Assembly (NCBI GenBank): GCA_014378705.1
Contig: JACMND010000066.1
Span: 27,260 to 91,259 of the forward strand
From: Pedobacter sp.
GTDB lineage: Bacteria; Bacteroidota; Bacteroidia; Sphingobacteriales; Sphingobacteriaceae
Direction: 5' to 3'
DNA: 64,000 nt
The position numbers and the translations under genes are program-made. Below are positions 8,257 to 19,779 of the stretch, one piece after another (position 1 is the first letter of the stretch; every line of letters begins with the position of its first letter). Below the pieces are notes generated by a model. It did not search any database and was not told the DNA's origin. It saw only the letters and a program-made list of their open reading frames with translations.

Positions 8257-11067
8257 TTACCTCAATCTTTGGCTTAAAAACTGACCTGTATAAGAATTCT
8301 TTTGCTTTACCAAATCTTCCGGAACTCCTTCAAATACGATCGTTCCTCCTTTGTCTCCACCTTCCGGTCCGATGTCTATTACCCAATCTGCGCATTTAAT
8401 CACGTCCATGTTATGTTCAATAACAATGATTGTATTTCCCTGATCAATTAAAGCGTTAAACGATTTCAGTAACTTTTTTATATCATGGAAATGAAGCCCG
8501 GTTGTAGGCTCATCGAATATAAAAAGAGTTTTGCTATTATTATTTCCTTTAATAAGGAATGAAGCTAACTTAATCCTTTGAGCCTCACCTCCGGAAAGTG
8601 TATTAGACGACTGACCCAAATGGACATATCCCAAACCTACATCAACCAGAGGCTTTAGTTTGCTGATAATTTTAGGTTCTGAATTGAAGAACTCAAGAGC
8701 ATCATCAATGGTCATTTCCAAAACTTCCGACACATTTTTGTCTCCATAGGTAACATCCAAAACATGTTGTTTAAAACGTTTACCGTTACAAGCCTCACAC
8801 GGAAGGAATATGTCGGCCATAAACTGCATTTCAATTTTAACTTCACCTTCGCCCTGGCAAACATCGCAACGCCCTCCTTCTACATTAAAAGAAAAGGCAG
8901 AAGGTTTTAGTCCCGCTGACTTCGCTGAGGATTGAGATGAAAATAAATTGCGGATCTCATCCCATGCCTTTACATAAGTTACCGGGTTTGACCTTGATGA
9001 CCGGCCGATCGGATTTTGATCTACCATTTCAACCTGCTCTATTTTAGAATAGTCTCCTTCAATACTGTCATACGAACCAGTTTGTTCTCCTGAATACTTG
9101 CCAATGGTCTTTTGTATTGCAGGCTGTAGTATCCGTTTAACTAATGAGGTTTTGCCCGAGCCTGAAACTCCGGTTACAACCGTCAAAACGTTTAATGGAA
9201 ATTTTGCTGTTACACTTTTGAGGTTGTTTTCGCGAGCCCCTTTTACCTCAACAAAATCACTCCATTTACGCCGGTGGGCTGGAATATCAATACTTATATT
9301 TCCATTAAGATATTGGCCTGTTAAACTGTTCTTTTCTTTAAGTATCTCATCAAAAGTACCGGCAAAAATAAGATTTCCACCATTTGTTCCAGCTTCGGGG
9401 CCGATATCAATGATGTGATCTGCGGCATGCATGATCTCTTCTTCATGTTCAACAACTAAAACTGTATTGCCAACATCCCGTAAGGATTTAAGAACGCTGA
9501 TCAGCCGGTGCGTATCACGGGGATGCAAACCAATACTTGGCTCATCCAAAACATAAACAGAACCTACTAAAGAACTGCCCAATGATGTAGCAAGATTAAT
9601 TCGTTGTGATTCGCCGCCTGAAAGCGTATTTGATAAACGGTTTAAAGTTAGATAGCTTAACCCAACATCGTTTAGAAATAATAGACGATTTGTAATTTCA
9701 AGCAATAACCGTTTGCTGATTTTTTGTTGTAAAGCATCCAGTTTAATTTGAGTAAAAAACAACAAAGCAATATCCAGAGGCATCAAAACAATATCTGTAA
9801 TAGACTTTCCTGAAATCTTTACATAAGAAGCATCTTTGCGTAAGCGGCTGCCGAAACATTCCGGACAAATGGTTTTTCCGCGGTAGCGTGAAAGCATAAC
9901 CCGGTACTGTATTTTGTATGTCTGAGTCTCCAGTTCTTTAAAAAAATCATTGAGCCCCTGAAAGTATTTATTACCGGTCCATAACAATTTCTTTTCCTCA
10001 GGCGTTAATTGGCTGTAAGATCGGTGAATAGGAAAGTCAAATTTTAGTGCGCTCTTAACCAATTTATCCAACCATTCTTTCATCTTCTCTCCACGCCATG
10101 GAGCAATTGCGCCATCATACACTGATTTGCTTTTGTCAGGAATCACCAGATCTTCGTCTATGCCAATAATTTTACCATATCCTTCACAAAGTTTACATGC
10201 CCCGTAAGGATTGTTAAAACTGAAAAAATTTGGGTTAGGTTCCTCAAAACGGATCCCATCAAGTTCAAAACGATCGCAAAAATGATGAGATTGGCCGTTT
10301 TCTTCAAGAATGCAATCACCCTTACCTTCAAAAAAAGCGGTTTGAATAGAATCTGCAACTCGGCTTAATGTTTCTTCATTATTGGCCGTAGAAATTCGGT
10401 CGACAACGATCTTAACTTCGTATTCATTTTCCAGTTTTTCACTAGCTATAGATGTATTTTCAAGAACATCTTCAATCTTGGATAACACACCGTTAAGTTG
10501 TACCCTGGTGAATCCTTTTTGTAAAAGCACGGCGAGCTCTTCTTGTAATGAGCGATTATTATGCGGATATAACGGACATAGAATAGTGACTGTTGAATTT
10601 TCAGGAAAGTTAGAAATAAAGTTAACCAGGTCTGTAACCGTGTCCTTTTTTACTATGCCGCCAGATATCGGCGAGTAAGTTTTCCCAATTCTGGAAAACA
10701 AAAGCTTAAGATAATCGTAAATCTCTGTAGAAGTACCAACAGTAGACCGCGGGTTGCTAGTTATTACCTTTTGCTCTATTGCAATTGCCGGAGCAATTCC
10801 TTTAATGTAATCTACATCCGGTTTATTCATACGGCCCATAAACTGCCTGGCGTAAGAAGAAAGGCTTTCTACATAACGGCGTTGACCTTCAGCGTAAAGT
10901 GTATCGAATGCAAGTGACGATTTACCCGAACCTGACATGCCGGTGATGACAACAAATTTATTTTTAGGGATTACTACATCAATATTTTTAAGATTGTGAA
11001 CCCTTGCACCTTTAATTATTATATATTTTCGAGGATCAACTTCCTCTTCTGTATTATCTATACCCAT
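8257..11067 (-). CDS. uvrA: Excinuclease ABC subunit A (UvrA)
   Basis: It has two ABC modules (Walker [10 protein letters not shown] and GVSGSGKTS; signatures LSGGESQR and LSGGEAQR) and zinc modules CKLCEGYG and CDVCQGEG. The start is set at the Met at 11067 (MGIDNTEE...[10 protein letters not shown]); the ORF track extends to 11130. Confidence 0.95.
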   Translation of the reverse strand: MGIDNTEEEVDPRKYIIIKGARVHNLKNIDVVIPKNKFVVITGMSGSGKSSLAFDTLYAEGQRRYVESLSSYARQFMGRMNKPDVDYIKGIAPAIAIEQKVITSNPRSTVGTSTEIYDYLKLLFSRIGKTYSPISGGIVKKDTVTDLVNFISNFPENSTVTILCPLYPHNNRSLQEELAVLLQKGFTRVQLNGVLSKIEDVLENTSIASEKLENEYEVKIVVDRISTANNEETLSRVADSIQTAFFEGKGDCILEENGQSHHFCDRFELDGIRFEEPNPNFFSFNNPYGACKLCEGYGKIIGIDEDLVIPDKSKSVYDGAIAPWRGEKMKEWLDKLVKSALKFDFPIHRSYSQLTPEEKKLLWTGNKYFQGLNDFFKELETQTYKIQYRVMLSRYRGKTICPECFGSRLRKDASYVKISGKSITDIVLMPLDIALLFFTQIKLDALQQKISKRLLLEITNRLLFLNDVGLSYLTLNRLSNTLSGGESQRINLATSLGSSLVGSVYVLDEPSIGLHPRDTHRLISVLKSLRDVGNTVLVVEHEEEIMHAADHIIDIGPEAGTNGGNLIFAGTFDEILKEKNSLTGQYLNGNISIDIPAHRRKWSDFVEVKGARENNLKSVTAKFPLNVLTVVTGVSGSGKTSLVKRILQPAIQKTIGKYSGEQTGSYDSIEGDYSKIEQVEMVDQNPIGRSSRSNPVTYVKAWDEIRNLFSSQSSAKSAGLKPSAFSFNVEGGRCDVCQGEGEVKIEMQFMADIFLPCEACNGKRFKQHVLDVTYGDKNVSEVLEMTIDDALEFFNSEPKIISKLKPLVDVGLGYVHLGQSSNTLSGGEAQRIKLASFLIKGNNNSKTLFIFDEPTTGLHFHDIKKLLKSFNALIDQGNTIIVIEHNMDVIKCADWVIDIGPEGGDKGGTIVFEGVPEDLVKQKNSYTGQFLSQRLR

Positions 11068-11314
11068 GAATGAAACTTGCTCTGTATTTATTTTCGTAAT
11101 TAAACTAATAGAACTTTTAATTATAAACAAAATTAAGCCTATAAGATGTTAAAATGATGATTTCAGAATTTTTCTTTGATTTGGAAAAAATTATTGGTTC
11201 TTTTGAGGCTAAATACAAATTATTACGATTTTAAAATAGGAGATTGTCTATCGCATAAAACTTTACATATAACCACTTTTAAACTTAAATGAGGGGATTT
11301 AAAGTAGAAGTACT

Positions 11315-11899
11315 ATGAAGATACAACTGGAGAGTGATCAGGATCTGATTCATCAATATATTGCTGGACAAGAATCATGCCTTGAAGAATTGATCCGAAG
11401 ATATAAATCCAAAATATACACATCTATATATCTGCTGGTAAAAGATACTTACCTCGCTGAAGATATATTTCAAGATACATTTATAAAAGTAATTTTCACT
11501 TTAAAAGCTGGCAAGTATAACGAAGAAGGAAAATTTCTACCCTGGGTTATGCGCATTGCTCATAATTTAGTTATTGACTATTTCCGGCGAGAGAAACGCA
11601 CACCTGTTGTTACAAATGTTGAAGGCTTTGACATATTTGATATTCTGCATCTAAATGAAGAAAGTACAGAAGATAAAATCGTTCGCGAACAAACTCATAC
11701 CGATCTAAAGTGTCTGATCCATCTACTGCCATCCGATCAAAAAGAGGTGCTAATTATGCGCCATTATGGTGAACTTAGTTTTAAAGAAATTGCGGATATT
11801 ACTGGCGTAAGTATAAATACGGCTTTAGGGAGAATGAGGTATGCCCTCAATAACCTGCGTAAAATGATTTTATCTAAAGAAGTTATTTCAAAAACTTAG
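11315..11899 (+). CDS. ECF-type RNA polymerase sigma-70 family factor
   Basis: 194 aa. Region 2 is like DIFQDTFIKV...WVMRIAHNLVIDYFRRE. The region 4 HTH is SFKEIADITGVSINTALGRMRYA. Confidence 0.88.
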   Translation: MKIQLESDQDLIHQYIAGQESCLEELIRRYKSKIYTSIYLLVKDTYLAEDIFQDTFIKVIFTLKAGKYNEEGKFLPWVMRIAHNLVIDYFRREKRTPVVTNVEGFDIFDILHLNEESTEDKIVREQTHTDLKCLIHLLPSDQKEVLIMRHYGELSFKEIADITGVSINTALGRMRYALNNLRKMILSKEVISKT

Positions 11900-11998
11900 T
11901 AAAATAACTTAAATATATATTTGCCGACATAAAATAATGGTAGAATAAAAGCGTTTAGGATATAATTATTTACAATTAATTATCTTTTAAAAACGCGT

Positions 11999-12178
11999 AT
12001 GATAAAAACCTCTACACAATCCGTACATCCATTAATTAAAGAAACGGTATTCCCTGACGAACTTGGCGAGGATGAACTTAAATTCTACAGCTCGATAAAA
12101 CACGATTTAGAAAAACTTAAGCTAAAGCCAAAAAACTCTATTATTGATTATCTTCTTTATTACTCAAGATCATTGTAA
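11999..12178 (+). CDS. Hypothetical 59-aa protein downstream of the ECF sigma gene; below the ORF-track cutoff
   Basis: My translation is MIKTSTQSVHPLIKETVFPDELGEDELKFYSSIKHDLEKLKLKPKNSIIDYLLYYSRSL. It is preceded by a TAnnTTTG-like box (TATATTTG, 11916-11923), and its stop codon lies inside a 20-bp perfect inverted repeat. I recognise no family. Confidence 0.3.
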   Translation: MIKTSTQSVHPLIKETVFPDELGEDELKFYSSIKHDLEKLKLKPKNSIIDYLLYYSRSL

Positions 12179-12216
12179 ATAAAAAAACCCTAACAAGGGT
12201 TTTTTTATTTACAATG
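12171..12216 (+). terminator. Intrinsic terminator: 20-bp perfect inverted repeat
   Basis: CATTGTAAATAAAAAAACCC - TAACAA - GGGTTTTTTTATTTACAATG. The core is a GC-anchored stem followed by a T-run. Confidence 0.7.
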
Positions 12217-12253
12217 ATTTATTTTCAGGTAACACCTCGTTATCTTTGGACAA

Positions 12254-13009
12254 ATGCTAAGAAAAATCCGTTACAATGCTTTTGTCTCTTATTTTTTAAA
12301 GCATCATCCCGAAGCTGAAACAGAGCTTGCTTATTCAAATCCTTACGAGTTACTGGTGGCAGTAATTCTTTCTGCGCAGTGCACAGATAAAAGAATAAAT
12401 CAAGTAACTCCAGAATTTTTTAAGCGCTTTCCAGATATCAATAAACTTTCCAAAGCAAGTATTGAAGATATTTATGAGCTGATAAAAAGTGTCAACTATC
12501 CAAACAACAAATCTAAGCATCTTGCAGGAATGGCAAATATGCTGTTAAGCAACTACAACGGCCGGGTTCCCTCAAATTTTGACGATCTGCTTAAATTACC
12601 TGGGGTTGGCAGAAAAACGGCAAATGTAATAATTTCAGTCTTGTTTAATGCTCCGGCTATGGCGGTAGATACACATGTTTTTAGAGTTGCTAACCGTTTG
12701 GGTTTAACTAAAAATGCTGTCACTCCCCTGGCTGTTGAAATACAATTAACTAAGTATCTTCCTGAAAATCTAATTTATATTGCTCATCATTGGCTTATTT
12801 TGCATGGCCGCTATATATGTATAGCCAGGAACCCGAAGTGTAAAATTTGTCCTCTGACAGATTTCTGCAAATATTATCAACAGCTACAAACTGTTTCAGG
12901 AGCAAAAAGAATACAATCAGATAAGTTGAAAAAAACCAAACTAAATCAACAGCTAAAAGATAGAAAAAGTCTGATTCTTCAACTAAAGAAAATAGAAATT
13001 CAGAAATAA
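12254..13009 (+). CDS. nth: Endonuclease III (Nth) with a Lys-rich C-terminal tail
   Basis: 251 aa with HhH-GPD elements (LPGVGRKTANV) and the [4Fe-4S] loop CIARNPKCKICPLTDFC (Cx6Cx2Cx5C). Confidence 0.93.
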   Translation: MLRKIRYNAFVSYFLKHHPEAETELAYSNPYELLVAVILSAQCTDKRINQVTPEFFKRFPDINKLSKASIEDIYELIKSVNYPNNKSKHLAGMANMLLSNYNGRVPSNFDDLLKLPGVGRKTANVIISVLFNAPAMAVDTHVFRVANRLGLTKNAVTPLAVEIQLTKYLPENLIYIAHHWLILHGRYICIARNPKCKICPLTDFCKYYQQLQTVSGAKRIQSDKLKKTKLNQQLKDRKSLILQLKKIEIQK

Positions 13010-13130
13010 TAACAGTAAGTTTCATTAATTTATTAATAACTTCAACAGTGTAAAACGGACTGATCTAAATGATAAAAAATTTAGTAATTTTGTTTTACAA
13101 AAAATTCTTACAGCGGATTAAACTAAAATA

Positions 13131-14141
13131 ATGAGTAACACAGATAAATTAAAGGCGCTACAGCTTACGCTTGATAAACTTGAAAAATCATATGGAAAAG
13201 GAACCATTATGAAACTTGGTGATGCCGCAATCGAGTCTATAGAATGTATTTCTACCGGTTCTTTAGGGCTGGATATTGCCTTAGGTATTGGCGGTTTACC
13301 TAAGGGTAGAGTAATTGAAATTTACGGACCTGAATCATCAGGAAAAACTACCCTTGCCATTCACGCCATTGCAGAAGCACAAAAAAAAGGCGGAATAGCT
13401 GCGTTTATCGATGCGGAGCATGCATTTGATAAATATTACGCAAAAAAATTAGGAGTTGATGTAGAGAATCTGCTTATTTCGCAACCAGATAATGGTGAGC
13501 AGGCACTTGAAATTGCTGATAATCTGATCCGTTCGGGAGCTATAGATATTATTGTAATTGATTCTGTTGCAGCATTGGTTCCGAAGGCTGAGATTGAAGG
13601 AGAAATGGGAGAATCTAAAATGGGCCTTCAGGCACGTTTAATGTCCCAGGCATTAAGAAAGCTCACAGGCACGATTTCTAAAACCGGGTGTTGCTGCATT
13701 TTTATTAACCAGCTAAGGGAAAAGATCGGAGTGATGTTCGGAAATCCTGAAACCACAACCGGCGGCAATGCCCTAAAATTCTATGCTTCAGTTCGCCTGG
13801 ATATCAGACGGATCTCTCAGATAAAAGAATCTGATGAAGTTTCTGGAAATCGTGTAAAAGTGAAAGTCGTTAAAAATAAAGTGGCGCCTCCGTTTCGTAT
13901 TGCTGAATTCGATATCATGTTTGGTCAAGGCATCTCTAAAGCCGGCGAAATTATAGACCTCGGTGTTGAATATGAAATTATTAAGAAAGCGGGCTCATGG
14001 TTTAGTTATGGCGAAACCAGATTGGGCCAGGGTCGCGATGCTGTTAAACAAATTATTTTGGATAACCCAGATCTGATGGACGAGCTTGAAGTCAAGATTC
14101 GGGCATTAGTAAACGGAGAATTGTTGGAAGAAAAAGTATAA
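13131..14141 (+). CDS. recA: Recombinase RecA
   Basis: 336 aa with Walker [10 protein letters not shown]. The sequence is canonical RecA throughout ([14 protein letters not shown]). Confidence 0.98.
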   Translation: MSNTDKLKALQLTLDKLEKSYGKGTIMKLGDAAIESIECISTGSLGLDIALGIGGLPKGRVIEIYGPESSGKTTLAIHAIAEAQKKGGIAAFIDAEHAFDKYYAKKLGVDVENLLISQPDNGEQALEIADNLIRSGAIDIIVIDSVAALVPKAEIEGEMGESKMGLQARLMSQALRKLTGTISKTGCCCIFINQLREKIGVMFGNPETTTGGNALKFYASVRLDIRRISQIKESDEVSGNRVKVKVVKNKVAPPFRIAEFDIMFGQGISKAGEIIDLGVEYEIIKKAGSWFSYGETRLGQGRDAVKQIILDNPDLMDELEVKIRALVNGELLEEKV

Positions 14142-14200
14142 GGACTTAAAAGCGATAGTTTACGGTTTTAAAAAACCTCAATACCAAATTTTATGTTTAC

Positions 14201-14237
14201 AAGCCGCTTTTTCAATTTAAAGAAAGCGGCTTTTTTA
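14201..14237 (+). terminator. Intrinsic terminator after recA
   Basis: AAGCCGCTTT (14201-14210) pairs with AAAGCGGCTT (14223-14232) and is followed by a T-run. Confidence 0.7.
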
Positions 14238-14292
14238 TTTTTAAGATCTATAAAGTTTGGTTAGAATTCTTTACAGACAATTAAATTTTAAA

Positions 14293-15291
14293 TTAAAAAG
14301 GCATTCTTGAAAGAGGCTGCACATTTTGATTAACAAAATCCTTTTCCAAAAATTTATAGTATCCGGTAATAGCAATCATGGCCGCATTATCTGTACAATA
14401 TTCCAATTTAGGTATAAACATTTTCCAGTTATTTTCCTGAGATGCAATTTTTAGAGCATTTCGAAGGCCAGAATTAGCCGAAACGCCACCGGCAATAGAA
14501 ATGTTTTTAATATTATGCTGTGTGGCGGCAATTTTTAATTTATTAATCAGGATAGAAACAATTCTTTGTTGTACTGATGCACAGATATCATTTAAATTTT
14601 CCGTGATAAATCTGCTGTTTTCTTTCACGTGATCTCTTACAAAATACATAATTGAGGTTTTTAAACCACTAAAGCTAAAGTCAAGGCCCGGAATATTTGG
14701 TTCTGGAAATTTAAAAGCCTTTGGGTTACCCTTTTGAGCATAGAAATCAATTAAAGGACCACCCGGATAAGGTAATCCAAGCATCTTGGCCGTTTTATCA
14801 AAAGATTCACCGGCAGCGTCATCCAAGGTTTGCCCGATGACTTCCATTTTATTAAAATCGCTAACTAAAACAATTTGAGTGTGTCCACCGGATACGGTGA
14901 GACATAAAAAAGGAAATGAAGGGTTGTCGTCAATAAAAAGCGATATTATGTGGGCTTGCATGTGATTTATTTCAATAAGAGGAAGATTACCCGCCAATGC
15001 AAAAGCTTTTGCAAAGCACGTACCTACCAGCAAAGAGCCTAATAACCCCGGGCCACGGGTAAATGCTACCGCATCAATATCATTTTTATGTATTTTTGCT
15101 TTTGAGATTGCTTCATAAACAGTAGGAATGATGTTTTGCTGGTGTGCACGTGAGGCAAGTTCTGGTACTACACCTCCATAAAGTTGGTGAACTGCCTGGT
15201 TAGCAACAACATTTGAATGAATATTTCCGTTTATGCAAATTGACGCAGATGTATCATCACAAGAAGATTCTATACCAAGAATTATAGCCAA
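14293..15291 (-). CDS. tsaD: tRNA N6-adenosine threonylcarbamoyltransferase (TsaD/Kae1 family)
   Basis: 332 aa with N-terminal ILGIESSCDDTS, the metal site INHMQAHI and the conserved GGVSAN segment. Confidence 0.95.
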   Translation of the reverse strand: MAIILGIESSCDDTSASICINGNIHSNVVANQAVHQLYGGVVPELASRAHQQNIIPTVYEAISKAKIHKNDIDAVAFTRGPGLLGSLLVGTCFAKAFALAGNLPLIEINHMQAHIISLFIDDNPSFPFLCLTVSGGHTQIVLVSDFNKMEVIGQTLDDAAGESFDKTAKMLGLPYPGGPLIDFYAQKGNPKAFKFPEPNIPGLDFSFSGLKTSIMYFVRDHVKENSRFITENLNDICASVQQRIVSILINKLKIAATQHNIKNISIAGGVSANSGLRNALKIASQENNWKMFIPKLEYCTDNAAMIAITGYYKFLEKDFVNQNVQPLSRMPF

Positions 15292-15363
15292 ACCAGATAA
15301 TTTATTTGTTGTTCAATAAACATATTAATACACAAAATTATCAAAAAACTACTAAAAATAACT

Positions 15364-18300
15364 TTGTGGATCTTAACAACAATTATTTTGTTGTTTGCTG
15401 CATTAATATTCTCTCTTCAATTTAAATCAGTGCAAACCTTTGTAGCCAAAAAGGCTGCAAAATATTTGTCAAAAGAGCTACACACACGCGTTGAAGTTAA
15501 AAGTTTATATATCAAACCCTTTAAGTCTTTAGTTCTAGAAGGATTATATGTACAAGATCTTGAAAATGATACTTTAATTTATTCACCCAAGTTTACTATT
15601 GATATTTCAGAGTTTTCCATTGAACAGAGAATAATTGCTGTAAACCTTGCTCAAATGGACAACGGAAAGTTTTATATTAAACAATACAAAGACTCTGGAA
15701 CCAATTTGCAGTTTATCATAAATTACTTCAATCCAAAGACAAACGAACCCCGCAACACAACCCGCAAAGCGTATGACCTAACGCTTAAAAAAATTGTTTT
15801 GAACAACATCGCATTTAAGTACAAAAACTTTAATACGAGCACAATTATTAAAGGGATCAATTTTAATGATCTTTCGCTTAATCAGTTAAATGCGACCATT
15901 TTAAGTCTTGATACAAAAAAACATTTGTTGGCAGCTCATTTTAAAAATATAAGTTTTTATGAAAAAAGTGGTTTTCATTTAAAAAATCTAACCACGAAAG
16001 CTACAATTGATACCAATCAAATGGAATTTAAAAACCTTTTGCTTGAAACAACCCAAAGCAAATTTTCTAATTATTTGTTTTTAAGTTATAATTCATTTAA
16101 AGATTTTGGTGCTTTTATAAGCAAGGTTTATCTAAAATCGAATTTAACAAATAGTAAAATAAATAGTAAAGACATATCATACTTTGTTCCGCAGCTGCAA
16201 AAAATGAAACTTAATTTGCAGTTAGACGGGAATTTGAGTGGATATATTAATGACTTAAAGGCTAAAAAACTTACGCTTACCATTGGTAAAGCAACCTCTA
16301 TAAAGGGTGACTTTAAAATTAAAGGCCTGCCAAACATAAATCAAACTTCTTTAGACCTTAATTTTTCTAACGTTTCAACAAATAAACGGGACATTGACAA
16401 TATAATTTTCTTGGTTACCGGAAAAAAGAAAGCCATTACACCCCCTGTTTTGCAAAAGTTTGGAAATGTTAGTTTCAAAGGCCGTTTTACCGGTCTTACT
16501 GATAATTTCATTGCTTATGGTGAGTTCAAAACGGCCCTGGGCCGATTAGTTACTGACCTTCAGATGAAAATTCCAACGAAGGGAAACCCTAAATACAGCG
16601 GAATAATTAAAACGTTTGATTTCAATCTTGGAGATTTTTTAAACCAAAAGAGTTTAGGACGGACAACTCTGGTTGCCGAAATAGCGGGAAGTGGATTTAA
16701 CGTTAAAAGTTTAAACGAAAAAGTAATAAGCAATATTTCGTACATAGATATTAAGGGGTACAGGTATTCTAAAATAAAAATTGATGGTACTTTAATTAAC
16801 AATTTTTTCAATGGCAAAATTGACATAAATGATAAAAATGTAAAGTTAGATTTTAACGGGGGCGTAAATTTAAATCCTGAATTACCTGTGTTTAATTTCA
16901 ATGCGGTTATTAGGGGGGCAAATCTTCATGCTTTAAACCTTTTAAAAGATACAGTTCAGATTGATGCGGATTTCAATACTAATTTTACAGGTGATAATCT
17001 TGACAATATTCAAGGCAAATTTGACATACGAAGCATCCGGCTAACAAATACCAGGAACTCATTTGTAGTAGATTCTTTAGCGCTTTCGGCGATTGGAATT
17101 GGAAAAAACAGGGAACTAAAAATCAATTCTGATATTATGGATGCGAGCATTAAAGGCGAATATGACCTTAATACGCTTCCTGGCTATTTTAAATCAGTTG
17201 CAAAAACATACATTCCATCCCTTGATATTAAAAATTTTAAATCCGGTCCGCAAAATTTTCAATTTTCTTTGAATCTTAAATATTTTGAGCCGTTAAGTTT
17301 GCTATTTATTCCCGAATTGAAAATCCCGGAAGGAGCTAGTTTTACAGGGCTATTTAATTCCACAGATAATATCGCTAACCTGAATGGGTTTGCCAAATTG
17401 ATTTCCTACAACAAAATAAAAGTTAATAACTTTATTTTCGATCAGACAACTTCGCCTGTTGCGCTTAGTGTTTTTATGACTTCCGATCGGGTTGATTTAA
17501 CCGATAGTCTGTATATAAAAAACGTAAACATCGCCAATATTTTAAAGAATGACAGTTTAACTCTTAACGTTAAGCTTTCTGATAAAAATGCAGTTAACCA
17601 GCTTGATTTAAATGGTTTAGTCGAGTTTAGCAATGTGGCAGATTCGACCGCTAAATTAAGTATTTTGCCTTCGGATGTAATTATTAACATGGAAATTTGG
17701 CGAATTCAGGATAAGGTTTCATTTCGATTTGAAAATGGAAAAACTATTGTCAAAGACTTTGAACTTTTTAAAGACAATCAACTCCTGACAGTAAATGGGA
17801 TCATTTCAAAAGATCCGAAAGATGAACTTAATATTGGGTTTAATAAATTTCTACTCACCACTTTTAATCCCCTTACCAAACCTCTTGGCATCAATTTAAA
17901 AGGTGAACTTAATGGCACCGCTAAGTTAACTTCAATTAGTAAAACCCCGAGTGTTGAAGCTTCATTAACTATTGATACTTTAAACTTTAACAACATACCA
18001 ATTGGCAATCTAAATTTAGCAGCGGGTTTAGATAATCAAAGTAAACTTATTAACGTAAAGATGGACATCACTAATAACGATGTTAAAACACTTGATGTGG
18101 TAGGCACTTACAACGCCAACAGTGATGAAAATAATTTAAATATGGATGTAAAAATGAGAGATAATCAAGTTATTATCTTTCAACCGTTTCTAAAAAAACT
18201 TGTCTCCAATTTAAAAGGGCTGGTGTCAGCAGATCTTAAAGTTACTGGCAAACTTAAAAACCCTCAAATTAACGGGGAATTAAACCTTAAAAATGCCGGT

Positions 18301-19779
18301 CTAACGGTTAACTATTTAAAAACCCCTTATACGCTTACTGATAAAGTTACAATACAAAACAGTGTTGTAAACCTCTCTAATTTAGTTCTTAAAGATGTGC
18401 GCAATAACGAAGCGATTGCAAATGGAACCGTTGATTTAAAATCGCCAAATACACCAAATATAAATATAACCATTGTTGCCCGAAACTTTATGGCTTTAAA
18501 TACTACAGCCAGAGATAATCCGCTATATTATGGTGTAGCATATGGGACAGGCGTTTTCAGGTTTGATGGACCTACTAATAATTTAAAGATAAACATAGAT
18601 GCAAATACAGAAGTGGGCACTGTTTTTAACATTCCTTTAAATTCTTCTGAAACCGTTGGAGAAAATGACTTTATCACCTTTGTGGCAAAAGACTCTGCCC
18701 TTACAGTTAATAAAACATCGTCTTTTAATGGTTTAGTTATGAACTTTGACCTTCGGGTTGATGAGAAAACAGAAGTAAATATTTTTACTGACTTAGGGAA
18801 ATTGACCGGCCGGGGAAACGCTGGTTTAGATTTGCGGATTACCAGCCTTGGCGATTTTGAGATGTTTGGAGATTATCTTATATCTCAGGGAAAATTTGAA
18901 TTTACAGCCCAGGATTTTATTAATAAAATTTTTGATATAAACCAGGGTGGTTCAATTCGATGGACAGGAAACCCCACTGAGGCAACTATTAATTTAACGG
19001 CCCTTTACAATGTAAGAACCAGTATTAAACCTTTATACATTGCCGCAGGCAGAACTGAAGTTGTGGATCAAAGAGTTTTAGCGGAAGCTATTATGAATCT
19101 TAAAGGTTCACTTTTAAATCCTGTTATTGATTTCGACTTAAATTTTCCTGCTGATACCTACATTAAAGATGAGTTACAAAGTTATTTAAGTGATGTAAAT
19201 AATGTTAATCAACAGGCTCTAAGTTTAATTGTAAGAAGAAGTTTTGCGGAGGGCTCTGGAGCGAACTTAAATTTTGCTACTTCAACAGTACTAAGTGCTG
19301 GAACTGAACTTTTATTTAATAACTTAAATACCGTTATTACTCAAAGTTTAAATTTAAACTTTGTAGATTTTAATATCCGGTCATTAAATGAGGCAAGTGC
19401 ATCTTTTAGACTTTTAGACGGAAGATTAATATTAACCGGAGGAGTAACCGACCGCAGAGGAGTTTTAAATGAATTTAGCGTTCTGGGTAACTCTGTGGCA
19501 AGAGATGTTGAAGCATTGTATTTATTAAATAAAGACGGGAGTTTGGTGTTAAGGGCTTCAAACAGATTGAACAACCGAAATTTATTGAATTTAAACCTGG
19601 GTACAAATAACGATTATGTAAGCGCTATGGGATTGGTTTATCGGCAAGAGTTTGACAATGCTAACGAATTTTTAAAGGCACTAATAAGTCGGAACCGAAA
19701 AGAGAGCCGCAAAAAGTCAAAAGCAAAAGATAGCTCTCCGGCTATTGCCATAACACCAAAAACAGAAACGGAAAAATAA
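15364..19779 (+). CDS. Translocation/assembly module TamB-like protein (very large, N-terminally anchored, Asn/Lys-rich beta-rich protein)
   Basis: 1471 aa with a single N-terminal TM (ILTTIILLFAALIFSL). The composition is long, repetitive and beta-strand-like. It is divergent from tsaD, as is commonly seen in Bacteroidota. The track start is a TTG, so the exact start is uncertain. Confidence 0.72.
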   Translation: MWILTTIILLFAALIFSLQFKSVQTFVAKKAAKYLSKELHTRVEVKSLYIKPFKSLVLEGLYVQDLENDTLIYSPKFTIDISEFSIEQRIIAVNLAQMDNGKFYIKQYKDSGTNLQFIINYFNPKTNEPRNTTRKAYDLTLKKIVLNNIAFKYKNFNTSTIIKGINFNDLSLNQLNATILSLDTKKHLLAAHFKNISFYEKSGFHLKNLTTKATIDTNQMEFKNLLLETTQSKFSNYLFLSYNSFKDFGAFISKVYLKSNLTNSKINSKDISYFVPQLQKMKLNLQLDGNLSGYINDLKAKKLTLTIGKATSIKGDFKIKGLPNINQTSLDLNFSNVSTNKRDIDNIIFLVTGKKKAITPPVLQKFGNVSFKGRFTGLTDNFIAYGEFKTALGRLVTDLQMKIPTKGNPKYSGIIKTFDFNLGDFLNQKSLGRTTLVAEIAGSGFNVKSLNEKVISNISYIDIKGYRYSKIKIDGTLINNFFNGKIDINDKNVKLDFNGGVNLNPELPVFNFNAVIRGANLHALNLLKDTVQIDADFNTNFTGDNLDNIQGKFDIRSIRLTNTRNSFVVDSLALSAIGIGKNRELKINSDIMDASIKGEYDLNTLPGYFKSVAKTYIPSLDIKNFKSGPQNFQFSLNLKYFEPLSLLFIPELKIPEGASFTGLFNSTDNIANLNGFAKLISYNKIKVNNFIFDQTTSPVALSVFMTSDRVDLTDSLYIKNVNIANILKNDSLTLNVKLSDKNAVNQLDLNGLVEFSNVADSTAKLSILPSDVIINMEIWRIQDKVSFRFENGKTIVKDFELFKDNQLLTVNGIISKDPKDELNIGFNKFLLTTFNPLTKPLGINLKGELNGTAKLTSISKTPSVEASLTIDTLNFNNIPIGNLNLAAGLDNQSKLINVKMDITNNDVKTLDVVGTYNANSDENNLNMDVKMRDNQVIIFQPFLKKLVSNLKGLVSADLKVTGKLKNPQINGELNLKNAGLTVNYLKTPYTLTDKVTIQNSVVNLSNLVLKDVRNNEAIANGTVDLKSPNTPNINITIVARNFMALNTTARDNPLYYGVAYGTGVFRFDGPTNNLKINIDANTEVGTVFNIPLNSSETVGENDFITFVAKDSALTVNKTSSFNGLVMNFDLRVDEKTEVNIFTDLGKLTGRGNAGLDLRITSLGDFEMFGDYLISQGKFEFTAQDFINKIFDINQGGSIRWTGNPTEATINLTALYNVRTSIKPLYIAAGRTEVVDQRVLAEAIMNLKGSLLNPVIDFDLNFPADTYIKDELQSYLSDVNNVNQQALSLIVRRSFAEGSGANLNFATSTVLSAGTELLFNNLNTVITQSLNLNFVDFNIRSLNEASASFRLLDGRLILTGGVTDRRGVLNEFSVLGNSVARDVEALYLLNKDGSLVLRASNRLNNRNLLNLNLGTNNDYVSAMGLVYRQEFDNANEFLKALISRNRKESRKKSKAKDSSPAIAITPKTETEK

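Noticed and set aside
11068-11130. N-terminal 21-codon extension of uvrA in the ORF track (MFIIKSSISLITKINTEQVSF)
   Set aside because: UvrA homologues begin close to the ...I.I.GA..HNLKNI motif. The internal Met at 11067 gives the expected N-terminus and the extension is hydrophobic noise. Similar trimming was applied to parE (34775), eno (41353), sucD (51809), the esterase (44073), the cupin (35947) and sirC~tauE (4714).
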